Shown one piece after another: positions 35,824 to 44,980 of a stretch of 64,000 nucleotides of DNA (position 1 is its first letter; each line of letters starts with the position of its first letter). The stretch covers positions 32,001-96,000 of the forward strand of contig JBBRPR010000011.1 in assembly GCA_038227875.1 (NCBI GenBank). The letters run 5' to 3'. Under the pieces are notes generated by a model that worked only from the letters and a program-made list of their open reading frames with translations, ran no database searches and was not told the origin of the DNA. This DNA comes from Planctomycetota bacterium. GTDB lineage: Bacteria; Planctomycetota; SZUA-567; H5-PLA8. The translations under genes and the position numbers were made by a program.

Positions 35824-36672
35824 CTACAGCGTCTGCTGCGCGGCGCCCTTGCGCCGGCGGATGATCTGGTTGTTCGTGCGGGCCTTCGGCTTGCGCGTCT
35901 TGCCGCCCTTCGCCAGCACGCCACTGGGCGACTGGGGAATGTGGCCTTTTCGGCGCGCAGCACCACCGCCCATCGGATGGTCGACCGGATTCTTCGCCAT
36001 ACCGCGGGTCGTCGGGCGGCGTCCAAACATGTGCCGGTTTCGGCCTGCTTTTCCGACCGTCACGTTCTGATGATCCAGATTACCGATCTGGCCCACCGTC
36101 GCGCGGCAGTCTTCCGGAACGAAACGCATTTCACCGGAGGGCAGCACGATCGTGACCTTGCCGCCTTCCTTGGCCATCAGGCGCGCCACACCACCAGCGG
36201 CGCGGACCATCTTGCCGCCCGAGCCCGGCTGGAGTTCGACGCAGTGAATGTCCGTCGACAGCGGCATGTTCTTCAACGGCATCGCGTTGCCAACGTCAGG
36301 CTCCACGCGGTCACCGGAGATCACGGTCTGTCCGACCTTGAGGTGCAGCGGCGCGATAATGTAGCGCTTTTCGCCGTCCTTGTAGTGCAGCAGAGCGATG
36401 AAAGCGGAGCGGATCGGATCGTACTCGATGCCCGCAACCTTCGCCGGAATGTTGTCCTTGTCGCGGCGGTAGTCGATCTTGCGGTACTGCTTCGCGTACG
36501 TGCTCTGCATCGCGCGGTTGGTGATGCGGCCGTGAGCGTTGCGGCCACCGGAGCGCGGAATGCGTTCGAGCAGCGACTTTTCCGGCTCGTGCTTGGTCAG
36601 TTCCTTGCGGAAATCGATGACCGACGCGCCGCGCGTACCTGCCGTGATGGGTCTGTAAAATCGCAATGCCAT
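35824..36672 (-). CDS. rplB: 50S ribosomal protein uL2
   Basis: GGRNAHGRIT, IEYDP, LPSGE, NPVDHPMGGG. Confidence 0.98.
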   Translation of the reverse strand: MALRFYRPITAGTRGASVIDFRKELTKHEPEKSLLERIPRSGGRNAHGRITNRAMQSTYAKQYRKIDYRRDKDNIPAKVAGIEYDPIRSAFIALLHYKDGEKRYIIAPLHLKVGQTVISGDRVEPDVGNAMPLKNMPLSTDIHCVELQPGSGGKMVRAAGGVARLMAKEGGKVTIVLPSGEMRFVPEDCRATVGQIGNLDHQNVTVGKAGRNRHMFGRRPTTRGMAKNPVDHPMGGGAARRKGHIPQSPSGVLAKGGKTRKPKARTNNQIIRRRKGAAQQTL

Positions 36673-36739
36673 GACTGATTCCTAATCCAGAAAGTCGACT
36701 GTCGATCTCTTACCGCACTGCCTGCCACTGCCTTGCTTA

Positions 36740-37360
36740 CTACTCTTCACTTCCCCGGCTGAACCATTTTCGCCGGTCCCAGGGCCACAGTCTCAGGCGA
36801 ACGATGCCTTTGATCTGGTTGCCGGGTACCATCCCCAGCGTATCCCCGCCCAGCGACACGCGGCTGTCCTTGCTCTGGCCGCGGTTGTCTCCCATCACGA
36901 AGTAGTACCCAGGGGGCACCACGAACGCCTGTCCTTCACTGAAACCCGGGAGCGTGTCAGCTCGAGTCGGGTCGAAGGATTCTTCAATCTTGGTGCCGTT
37001 TACCCATACGTAGCCGCCGTGCACTGCCACTGTGTCGCCGGAAAGTCCGATTACGCGTTTGATGTAGTCTCGCGTCATCCGGGGCGATTTGTCGTGGTCG
37101 ATCGCTTCGAAGACAATCACATCGAACTGGCTGACCTTGCTGAAACGGTAGGTCAATTTGTCGATCACCAGCCGGTCACCGTGGTGGAACGTCGGGTACA
37201 TCGACGGCCCGTCCACAACTGAAACCTGGAAAATGAACAGGTAGATCAGCAGCGCCCAGATGGCGGCGCGGATCAGCAGTCCCACCCACTCCTTCAACAA
37301 GGATTCATCGTCTTCGTCGCGCGCGATGTTCTTCGGCGCTTGCTTCACTTCCTCCGTCAT
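36740..37360 (-). CDS. lepB: Signal peptidase I
   Basis: One TM helix, catalytic Ser GPSMYPT, catalytic Lys YIKRVIG, GDNRGQSKDSR. Confidence 0.95.
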   Translation of the reverse strand: MTEEVKQAPKNIARDEDDESLLKEWVGLLIRAAIWALLIYLFIFQVSVVDGPSMYPTFHHGDRLVIDKLTYRFSKVSQFDVIVFEAIDHDKSPRMTRDYIKRVIGLSGDTVAVHGGYVWVNGTKIEESFDPTRADTLPGFSEGQAFVVPPGYYFVMGDNRGQSKDSRVSLGGDTLGMVPGNQIKGIVRLRLWPWDRRKWFSRGSEE

Positions 37361-37385
37361 GTTCCGGCTCCCAGCGAGCCAGCGG

Positions 37386-37724
37386 TTAGATCAACTCGAT
37401 TTGCTTCGAATCCTTGGTCAAGCGGATGATCGCCTTTTTGCGAATGCGGGAGAAACCGGACTTGCCCGCCTTCATGCCGCGAAACGCCTTCTTGCGAGGC
37501 TTGACGATCATCGTGTTCAGCGACTGAACCTGCACGCCGAACGCGGCTTCGATCGCCAGCTTGATCTGCTGCTTGTTGGCCTTGACGTGGACTTCGAACG
37601 TGTAGCGGCCCTTCTTGTCTTCGGCACCAGCAGAAACCATGTCGTGACTCTTTTCAGTCAGGACCGGCCGGCGCAGAATGGCGTACGGGTCGGACAACAG
37701 TTTTGCGGCGCGATTGCGGCTCAT
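37386..37724 (-). CDS. rplW: 50S ribosomal protein uL23
   Basis: RRPVLTEKS, YTFEV..ANKQQIK.AIE..FGV.V..LNT, KKAIIRL. Confidence 0.96.
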   Translation of the reverse strand: MSRNRAAKLLSDPYAILRRPVLTEKSHDMVSAGAEDKKGRYTFEVHVKANKQQIKLAIEAAFGVQVQSLNTMIVKPRKKAFRGMKAGKSGFSRIRKKAIIRLTKDSKQIELI

Positions 37725-38347
37725 TCCTTCACCACCTCACTGATGTTTTCCAGTGTGTCGACGGTCATCAAAATGTGTTTGTACTTGAGGAGATCGTAAG
37801 CGTTGAGATTGCGGGCGGGGATGATGCGGACGGATTCGACGTTGCGGACCGACTTGACCAGGGCCTTGCCCGGTTCGCGCGCCGTTACCAGGCACGTTCC
37901 GGCGTTGAGGCCCAGGGCCTTGAGCGCGGTGGTGAAGCGCTTGGTCTTCGGCGCATCGTAGTTCAGAGCATCGATCAGCTTGATCTGCTTGTCGATGAGT
38001 TTGGACAGCAGCGCAGACTTCAAGGCTTCGCGGCGCATGCGCACCGGCATATCCTTATGGTAGTCTCGCGGCCGCGGTCCGAAGGCGTTACCGCCACCCT
38101 TCCACAGCGGAGAGCGCTTCATACCGGCGCGGGCGCGTCCGGTATGCTTCTGCTTCCACGGCTTGACGCCGGAGCCGCTGCGATCGGCTTTGGACTTGAT
38201 CTTGTGGGTACCGACGCGGAGATTGGCTTCGTAGCGAATGAGCGCCTGATGGAGCAGCTTGCGCCGCACCTTCTCGCCCAGGATCTTCTCATCGAAGGAG
38301 ATCGCGCGAACCTGACCGCCGGATTCGTTGTAGACCGGAATTTCCAT
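37721..38347 (-). CDS. rplD: 50S ribosomal protein uL4
   Basis: KPWKQKHTGRARAG, SPLWKGGGNAFGPRPRDY, KSVRNV. Confidence 0.98.
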   Translation of the reverse strand: MEIPVYNESGGQVRAISFDEKILGEKVRRKLLHQALIRYEANLRVGTHKIKSKADRSGSGVKPWKQKHTGRARAGMKRSPLWKGGGNAFGPRPRDYHKDMPVRMRREALKSALLSKLIDKQIKLIDALNYDAPKTKRFTTALKALGLNAGTCLVTAREPGKALVKSVRNVESVRIIPARNLNAYDLLKYKHILMTVDTLENISEVVKE

Positions 38348-38545
38348 TTTTTACCACCAAAACAAAAAAGCCGACGTCGTTGGGACTTCCGGTTAAGGCC
38401 GCCACGCGCGATCAGTGGCTACAAACCTTTCCGAAGCACCCGAACGACTTCGACCCTTAGGTCTTTAGCTATCCTTGAGCTCTGACGTTACGGGCTTCAT
38501 CCCGCTTTCGAGCTCTTTAGGGTACGACTGCCAACCAACAAGGGA
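38348..38545 (-). promoter_or_regulatory. Structured 5' leader of rplD ending in a long hairpin plus U-run
   Basis: Arms 38439-38452 and 38371-38384 pair, with nested stems; followed by CUUUUUUGUUUU; upstream GAGCUC/GAGCUC and ACCCU/AGGGU stems. Confidence 0.6.
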
Positions 38546-38551
38546 AGTGAG

Positions 38552-38579
38552 ATATTAGCGACGATCCGCGTGCCGTCAA
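38552..38579 (-). promoter_or_regulatory. Putative sigma70 promoter of the rplD-led operon
   Basis: Minus strand TTGACG-16 nt-TAATAT. Confidence 0.5.
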
Positions 38580-38686
38580 TGTCAAATTGCGAAAATTGCA
38601 CATGTATTTTTTCGCGGGTCATTTTGCGCACCCTAATAACTCACCTACCCTAAGATTTCTGTGCTGATCTCGAGCAGATTTTCGGG

Positions 38687-40798
38687 TCAGCGCGTCACCG
38701 CCCAATTCACCCACATCTGTTGCAGGCGCTTCACATCCATATTGTAGACTTTCTCGAACGCTTTCTCGCTGTCCATGCCGTCCTTGAGCGCCAGGCAGTA
38801 TTTCGGAAAAAGTTTTGCGTCGGTATTCATCATGAACGACACCATTGAATAGCACGTCAAATAATCCAGCGAGCTCATTCCGATCGGCTGAATCAGAAAC
38901 GCCTGGTCCCACGTTTTCAATTTTCCCTGCGACGCGTACTTTTTAATTTCGTTGTCCCAGTTGTCGCTGAAGCGCACTTCATTTTTCTCGTACTGAAATG
39001 CATAGACCAGATTTTTATGCGTAATCACGTTTTCGCAGTACGACGCGAAACCATAACGCAACCACGTTGGCGCTTTGTTGTCCGTCGCCTGCACTATTTC
39101 CATTTCGCCGAATTGGTAGAGCGCCATGTGTTTGGGATGCGCCATCGCGCCGCGATTGGCATTGAAGACGCCGCGGTGCGGGAGCAGGAATCCGCCGGAA
39201 TTCTGCGCCATCGCCCAGTTCTGCGTCGGTTCCTGCGCCATCAGCGCGTTGACGAACGCCAGGTACCCCTGCGCGTCCCACGCGATCATCAATTCGTCGG
39301 TGTCGGGCCGCGTCTGTGTGAGCACGACAGTCTGCGTCAGTTGTTCGAGCTGCCCGGTGAGCTGCTCCAGCGCGGTGGCGACGCCGCGCACTTCCGGCTC
39401 GGGCATCGTCGAACGGATCGTGACGTGATGCGTCTCGACAGTGCTGAGCTTCGCGCGCGTGAGCTGCTCCCAGTGTTCGTTGATCGCCTGGACACCCGAC
39501 AGGCGCGTCTGTTCGGCAGCAACCAGTGGAGCCGCGTCTTTTCCAGCCTGACATTTAGGGCACCAGCGCCACGGCACCGCCGCGGCGTACGCGGTGGCAT
39601 TAAGCGGCTCGTTGGAAAAGCGGATGTACGTCTTCGCCGGAATGATCGGCACGTAGGTCATGCCCAGACATTGCGGACAGACCGCCGGCGCCGCTGCTAT
39701 GTTCGGCGCGGGAGCGGGCGTAAACGGTTTGGGCGGCGTGGCCGCGATGGTATTTTTCGGCGACGCAACGGGCGGCTTTTTGGATGTGTCGGGTTTCGGA
39801 TCGTCGTCGGGCGGTGGCGTTTTCTTCGCCAGCTCTTTCATTACCTCGCTGGACGGGTTGGACGGATCGTTGTTCGGAGTGGACTTCGGCGGCACGTTGG
39901 TCGCGTTTTCATTTTCGTCCTCGCGTCCGGTCTTCCGTTCTTTGGTGCTCAGGATATCCGCGACAGTTTCGGGAGGTTTCGGAGCCGGCGGCGCTTCCGG
40001 GCGCGCTCCGATTTCCATGCCGTCGTTGTCGCTCGTTTTTTCATCCAGCTTTTTCGTTACGGAGTCGCTCGGCGGTTTGGCGGTCGCGACCGTCGAAGTG
40101 CCCGTCGACAGCGCAGTGGCGGTAGCGGTGCTCGCGGGAGTTTTCGGATCTAGCGGACCGCTTGCATGCTCGGTCCCGCTCGTCGGAACCTTGCGTGGCC
40201 AGTAAACAGCCGCGGTAATGATCAGGCCAATCGCCGCAACGCCGGCCAGCGCGCCGAGCACCGGGAGGCCAGCGCTCTCGGTTTTGCGCTTCGCCGGTTT
40301 GTGCGCGTGCGTGGGATGAGCGTGCGCATGCGTCTCCACTTTGCGCGCGCCAGGTTTTTCTTTATCGCCCGGCACCGAAGCCACGATGAATGAATCGCCG
40401 TCGCTCTGATCTGGCACCATCACTTTGGCTTTGCACGACGGACACGGTTGCGCCGTGCCCGCAAACTTCGCTTCGAAGCCCGTCATCTTCGCGCAACTGG
40501 GACAGGCAAACTTGATGTACTTTCCGGCAGTCGCTGTTGCACTCGGCGCGGGTGCCGCAACGGGTGGAACCGGCACGTTAGCCGCTGCGCTGGCCTCAAC
40601 GGGCTTCGGCGGTTCCACGGCTTCGAGTTTCGGTTCGCCTTCAGCCGGGGTCGAAGCAGCGGCTGTTTCCGGCGTCTTTTCTACGCCGGGAATGCGGATG
40701 GTCTGCTTGCAGCCCGGGCAACTCGCTTTCTTGCCGGCGTGGATCTCCGGCACACGCACCGCGGCTTTGCATTCAGGGCATTGAAAATCGATGGCCAT
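38687..40798 (-). CDS. Membrane protein with two N-terminal Zn ribbons, TM helix, low-complexity linker and peptidase-MA-like C-terminal domain
   Basis: CPEC..CPGC, CPSC..CPSC; TM VLGALAGVAAIGLIITAAVYW; APTWLRYGFASYCE; ATG 40798 after GGAG. Confidence 0.75.
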   Translation of the reverse strand: MAIDFQCPECKAAVRVPEIHAGKKASCPGCKQTIRIPGVEKTPETAAASTPAEGEPKLEAVEPPKPVEASAAANVPVPPVAAPAPSATATAGKYIKFACPSCAKMTGFEAKFAGTAQPCPSCKAKVMVPDQSDGDSFIVASVPGDKEKPGARKVETHAHAHPTHAHKPAKRKTESAGLPVLGALAGVAAIGLIITAAVYWPRKVPTSGTEHASGPLDPKTPASTATATALSTGTSTVATAKPPSDSVTKKLDEKTSDNDGMEIGARPEAPPAPKPPETVADILSTKERKTGREDENENATNVPPKSTPNNDPSNPSSEVMKELAKKTPPPDDDPKPDTSKKPPVASPKNTIAATPPKPFTPAPAPNIAAAPAVCPQCLGMTYVPIIPAKTYIRFSNEPLNATAYAAAVPWRWCPKCQAGKDAAPLVAAEQTRLSGVQAINEHWEQLTRAKLSTVETHHVTIRSTMPEPEVRGVATALEQLTGQLEQLTQTVVLTQTRPDTDELMIAWDAQGYLAFVNALMAQEPTQNWAMAQNSGGFLLPHRGVFNANRGAMAHPKHMALYQFGEMEIVQATDNKAPTWLRYGFASYCENVITHKNLVYAFQYEKNEVRFSDNWDNEIKKYASQGKLKTWDQAFLIQPIGMSSLDYLTCYSMVSFMMNTDAKLFPKYCLALKDGMDSEKAFEKVYNMDVKRLQQMWVNWAVTR

Positions 40799-41000
40799 CT
40801 GCACTCCGCTTCGCCGGGCTACGTTCGTCCAAATTCCATCCCGGTAGCATAAAGCACCCGGGCTCCGGCACAACTATGACGGGAACGTAACTGGGTTGCT
40901 GCCAGATTTGTACTATATATGGTATGCGTTCTTCGAAGTACCACCGGGCCAATTGGCACACAGGTCAGTCGCCCTAAAGAGGGGAGTGCAACGCTTCGAC

Positions 41001-41708
41001 ATGCTGACGGCTGCGTCCGATGGATCTGTGACTTCCGCACGGCCGACACGTTCGCTGGGCCGCACATTAATGCTGGGCGGCGGCGGCGTCTTTCTCGCGC
41101 TCTGTCTAATTGCGCTGAGCCTCTGCTGGTACATGGGCGTGTTCGGGGAAAACTTCCGCGCCATCGCGCCGAATCAGGCGTATCGATCCGGCCAGGTTAC
41201 GCCCGAAACGATTCGCAAGCACGCCAAAGATGACAACATCAAAACTATCGTCAATCTGCGTGGTCAATCCAAATCAAGCTGGTACACCAAGGAACTTCAG
41301 GCCTGCCAGGACGCCGGCATCACGCATTTTGACATCAAGTTCGATCCCGGCTACCTCCCCTCCCCTGAGCGCCTGAATCAACTCATCGACGTCTTCGAAA
41401 AAGCGCCGACACCGATGCTGCTCCACTGCCGCGCTGGCGCGGATCGTTCTGGATTGGGTTCCGCGCTTTACGACTTGATCGTCCTGCACAAAACGCTCGA
41501 CGAGGCCATCGACGCGCAAATGACCTGGCGCGTCGGCCACGTGAAGAAGGATTCCGGCGACAAATTCCTGGACCTCTACCGCGCCAACGGCAACGGCAAG
41601 CCGATCAAGGAATGGATTAATTCCGGCTACCCGGAAATTTATCAACGCGAAACGGGAAAGACGCCGGTCGTGGAGCAGACGCCGGCTGATGACAAAGTCG
41701 AGCGTTGA
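41001..41708 (+). CDS. Tyrosine/dual-specificity protein phosphatase-family protein, N-terminally anchored
   Basis: YRSGQ, IKTIVNLRG, HCRAGADRSG (CX5R). Confidence 0.9.
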   Translation: MLTAASDGSVTSARPTRSLGRTLMLGGGGVFLALCLIALSLCWYMGVFGENFRAIAPNQAYRSGQVTPETIRKHAKDDNIKTIVNLRGQSKSSWYTKELQACQDAGITHFDIKFDPGYLPSPERLNQLIDVFEKAPTPMLLHCRAGADRSGLGSALYDLIVLHKTLDEAIDAQMTWRVGHVKKDSGDKFLDLYRANGNGKPIKEWINSGYPEIYQRETGKTPVVEQTPADDKVER

Positions 41709-41894
41709 AGGGCAATTCAAAATTCAAAAGTAAAAAATCAAAAACGCACGCGGCTGGCTGAAACCATTCGCGTGCGGATACTTTCTTAGAGTTGTGGTTT
41801 CTAACCACGTCGCGAATTCGCGACGGGGTACGGAGTAGTGTGTCAGGAGTCCCACCTGATACAAATTTGTACCAGGGTCAAGGTCCGCGGTCGT

Positions 41895-42989
41895 TTACAT
41901 CGCCGGAACAGCCTCTGCCGACTTCACTGCCGCAACCGCCGCTTGAACCGGCGCGGAATTCTTCTTCGGCAGCTCCGCCACGAATTGGTATTTCGGATCG
42001 ATCTTCTGTTTCGCGATGATCGCGTCGATGCCTTTCCACGTCTCGTACAATCCGTTCGGGCACGGCGGCATGTCGTTCTTGATAAGGCGATGGAGCTTCG
42101 GCAGGTTGTAGCAGGGGACCGCCGCGTACATGTGGTGCTCGGTGTGATAATTCATGTGCCAGTACAGGAACTGGAAGACGGGGTTCAGGTAAATTGTGCG
42201 GCAGCAGAGGCGGAAGTCCGGAGCGTTGTCGCAGAGTCCGATGTGTTGCGCGCCGTTACAGAGGTGATGCAGACCGCCGGCGTAGTGCGGCGCGAACGTG
42301 ACTAGGAACGGAATGATCCAGAGCCGGTAGTAGCACGACACGCCCACGATCGCCACGTGCCCGACGATCAAAAATCGCTCCCAGTTCATCAGCTTCCGGT
42401 ATTCGCGCGGATTATCGTCGAACAGGTGATGATCCCATTTGCCTTCCAACCGGCCGGTGGCGATGCGCACATGATTTTTCAACTGCCACCACGGTCCGCG
42501 ATAATTGATGAAAGCACCTTTGAGAAATCCCTTCCACGAATGCCCCTGCGGCAGCGTGACTTCCAGATCGTCGGGCGGATGAAGCGTGAATTTGTGGTGC
42601 TCGGTGTGGCTGGCCCAGAAATGAATGTGATTGTACTGTCCGAGGAAACTGTAGACCCAGAGAAAGAAGCGGTTGAGCGCGCGCGTCTTGAAAACAGAAT
42701 CGTGAATCAGTTCGTGAAAGCCGTTGATCAGAAAATGCCAGCACGCCGCATGCACAAAACAGAGCGGAATCGACCAGTACCACGCGAACTTCTGCCACAC
42801 GATAAACGACGCCGTGCCCGTCAGCGCGAGCACGCCGAGGTACCCCAGCGTCTGCAGCATGCCCAGCACATCGCTGCGCTGGTTGAGCTTCGCCAGATCA
42901 TCTTTGCTGACCGGGCAGCGGTACCACTTGATCTGCTGGCCGGGCGCGCGTTCCGTTTTGGGTTCAAGCGTGGCTGGGGATGCGGACAT
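41895..42989 (-). CDS. Membrane fatty acid desaturase family protein
   Basis: His boxes HELIH, HTEHH, NYHTEHH; VPCYNLPKLH. Confidence 0.92.
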   Translation of the reverse strand: MSASPATLEPKTERAPGQQIKWYRCPVSKDDLAKLNQRSDVLGMLQTLGYLGVLALTGTASFIVWQKFAWYWSIPLCFVHAACWHFLINGFHELIHDSVFKTRALNRFFLWVYSFLGQYNHIHFWASHTEHHKFTLHPPDDLEVTLPQGHSWKGFLKGAFINYRGPWWQLKNHVRIATGRLEGKWDHHLFDDNPREYRKLMNWERFLIVGHVAIVGVSCYYRLWIIPFLVTFAPHYAGGLHHLCNGAQHIGLCDNAPDFRLCCRTIYLNPVFQFLYWHMNYHTEHHMYAAVPCYNLPKLHRLIKNDMPPCPNGLYETWKGIDAIIAKQKIDPKYQFVAELPKKNSAPVQAAVAAVKSAEAVPAM

Positions 42990-43149
42990 GACAACCTCCG
43001 GAGGTCGAGCAGAACTCCGGCAAATAAGCGCCGGATGTGCACGTGTTCACCCCCTCATTAATAGCCCGCTTTTGAGCACCCATGTGTACAATCGTCTGGA
43101 ATAGGATTGTGCGCTGTGTATGAAAATACGTTTAGTGTTGGATCGAACA

Positions 43150-43635
43150 CTATCCCTGAATTGTTTCCAAGGCACGCGTCGCACCGCGCCGGACATAGTC
43201 CTTCTCGTCCTTCAGCGCAGCCCGAAGTAATTTTACCGCCGGCTTGTAGCGCAGCCGAGCCAGCGCATCCACTGTTCGTGCGCGCACGCCACCACTTTCA
43301 TCCTTCAGCAAAGGCAGCAAGAATTTTCCAGCCTTCGCACCGGCGACAACTTCAAGCGACTCCATCGCCAGCAACCGGACACTCATGTTGGGATCGCGCA
43401 ATGCCTGTTTCAGCGGTGCGACCGTGCGCGGATCGTTGATGAGCCGCAACGCATACGCCGCCCAGCGCCGAATCCGCACGTTCGGCGATTTCCGCAACGC
43501 GGAGATCAACGGCGTAACCGCTGCTTTACCGCACTTCGCCACAGCTTGTGCTGCAAGCATGGGGCGACGTTCGCCGTGATCGTTGAATTTCTCAATCAAC
43601 GCCTCGATCTTCAAAACACCCGTCAAGGCCATCAT
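43150..43635 (-). CDS. HEAT/PBS-lyase repeat protein
   Basis: Repeats LxxALxDxxxxVRxxA. Confidence 0.85.
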   Translation of the reverse strand: MMALTGVLKIEALIEKFNDHGERRPMLAAQAVAKCGKAAVTPLISALRKSPNVRIRRWAAYALRLINDPRTVAPLKQALRDPNMSVRLLAMESLEVVAGAKAGKFLLPLLKDESGGVRARTVDALARLRYKPAVKLLRAALKDEKDYVRRGATRALETIQG

Positions 43636-43687
43636 TCACTCCTAGTTCAAAACAGTATGCCTCAGGAGTTCGGCATTGCCGACATTT

Positions 43688-44932
43688 CTACGAGCCCAGA
43701 GCCACTCTCAGTTGCTTCGGCCCGCGCATCACACCGCTGTGCCACTCGACGGTCTCGGACGCGAGACTCATTTTCGGATGACGCGCGAACAGTGCCTTCA
43801 GCGCGATCGGCGCTTCCAGCCGCGCCAGCGCTGCGCCGAGGCAGAAATGAATGCCGCTGCCGAACGCGATGTGTTTGTTGTCGCGGCGCGTGATGTCGAA
43901 ACTGTCCGGCGCCGCGAACTGTGCCGGATCGCGATTGGCCGCGCCGACCAGCGAGAGCACCGTCTTTCCTTCTTCAATCGTCTTGCCGCCGACGGTGCTG
44001 GTCTTGAGCACGCTCCGACCGAGGCGCTGCAACGGGGCTTCGCAGCGCAGCGCTTCTTCGACCGTCGGCGCGTAGAGCGCGGGGCTCGCCATCAGCAGCT
44101 CACGCTGCACCGGATTCGTCAGCAGCAAGTACGTCGCGTTGGCGATCAGGTTCGTGGTCGTTTCGTGGCCGGCGACGAGCAGCGAGACACCCGTCGACAG
44201 CAGTTCCTCGTGAGAGAGGCGTGTCCCCTCCTCTTCCACGCGGACGAGTTCGCCGAGCAGATCGTCCGTCGGATTCTTGCGCCGATCGGCGACCACTTCC
44301 GCCAGGTACCCGCGCATTTCGACCAGCGCTTTCTGCGAAACCAGAATGATGTCCTGATCCGCACGCGGCACCGCCTGGAATTGCAGAATCGTGTACGACC
44401 AGTCCTTAAACGTTTCGCGCATGCTCGGCGGCACGCCCAGCATCTCCGCGATCACCTGGACCGGCAGCGGGTACGCGAATTCGTTGATCAGATCGAAGCT
44501 CGGCCGACCCGCGACATTTCCGAGCAACTCCGCGACCAGCGTCTCGATTTTCGGCCGCAGAATTTCCAGTGTCTTCGGGATGAATGCTTTCTGAATCAAC
44601 CGCCGCAGACGTGTGTGGTCCGGCGGATCGGAATTGATCAACCCTTGGGCGAAGTGACTCAGCAGCGGCTGAATGCGCTGCAGAAAATCGCCGGGGTACT
44701 CGCGCTGAATCGTATTCGTCACGCGCCCGCGATTGGAGAACGTCGCGTGATCCTGCAGCACCGGACAAATATCCGCGTACCGCGTGAGTACCCAGCAACC
44801 CCACGGTTCACACCAATGCACCGGATCGCTCTCGCGAAGCTGCGCATAAAAGGGATACGGATTATTCCTAAAGCCGTCAGTATTAACCGCCGCATCAAAC
44901 GCGTTCATAAACGTCCCCGGTCCCGGACCCAT
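43688..44932 (-). CDS. Cytochrome P450
   Basis: DPPDHTRLR, AGHETT, EEALR, ANRDP, FGSGIHFCLG; start may be 44908. Confidence 0.96.
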   Translation of the reverse strand: MGPGPGTFMNAFDAAVNTDGFRNNPYPFYAQLRESDPVHWCEPWGCWVLTRYADICPVLQDHATFSNRGRVTNTIQREYPGDFLQRIQPLLSHFAQGLINSDPPDHTRLRRLIQKAFIPKTLEILRPKIETLVAELLGNVAGRPSFDLINEFAYPLPVQVIAEMLGVPPSMRETFKDWSYTILQFQAVPRADQDIILVSQKALVEMRGYLAEVVADRRKNPTDDLLGELVRVEEEGTRLSHEELLSTGVSLLVAGHETTTNLIANATYLLLTNPVQRELLMASPALYAPTVEEALRCEAPLQRLGRSVLKTSTVGGKTIEEGKTVLSLVGAANRDPAQFAAPDSFDITRRDNKHIAFGSGIHFCLGAALARLEAPIALKALFARHPKMSLASETVEWHSGVMRGPKQLRVALGS

Positions 44933-44980
44933 CTGTAGCCGTTGCCGTTCTTTGCGTCTTGGCGCGAGATAAAAAATGAA

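Noticed and set aside
35920..36000. Deviant uL2 motif DHPMGGGAA…SPSG instead of DHPHGGGEG…SPWG
   Set aside because: The essential first His is retained and lineage variation is plausible; cannot judge without an alignment
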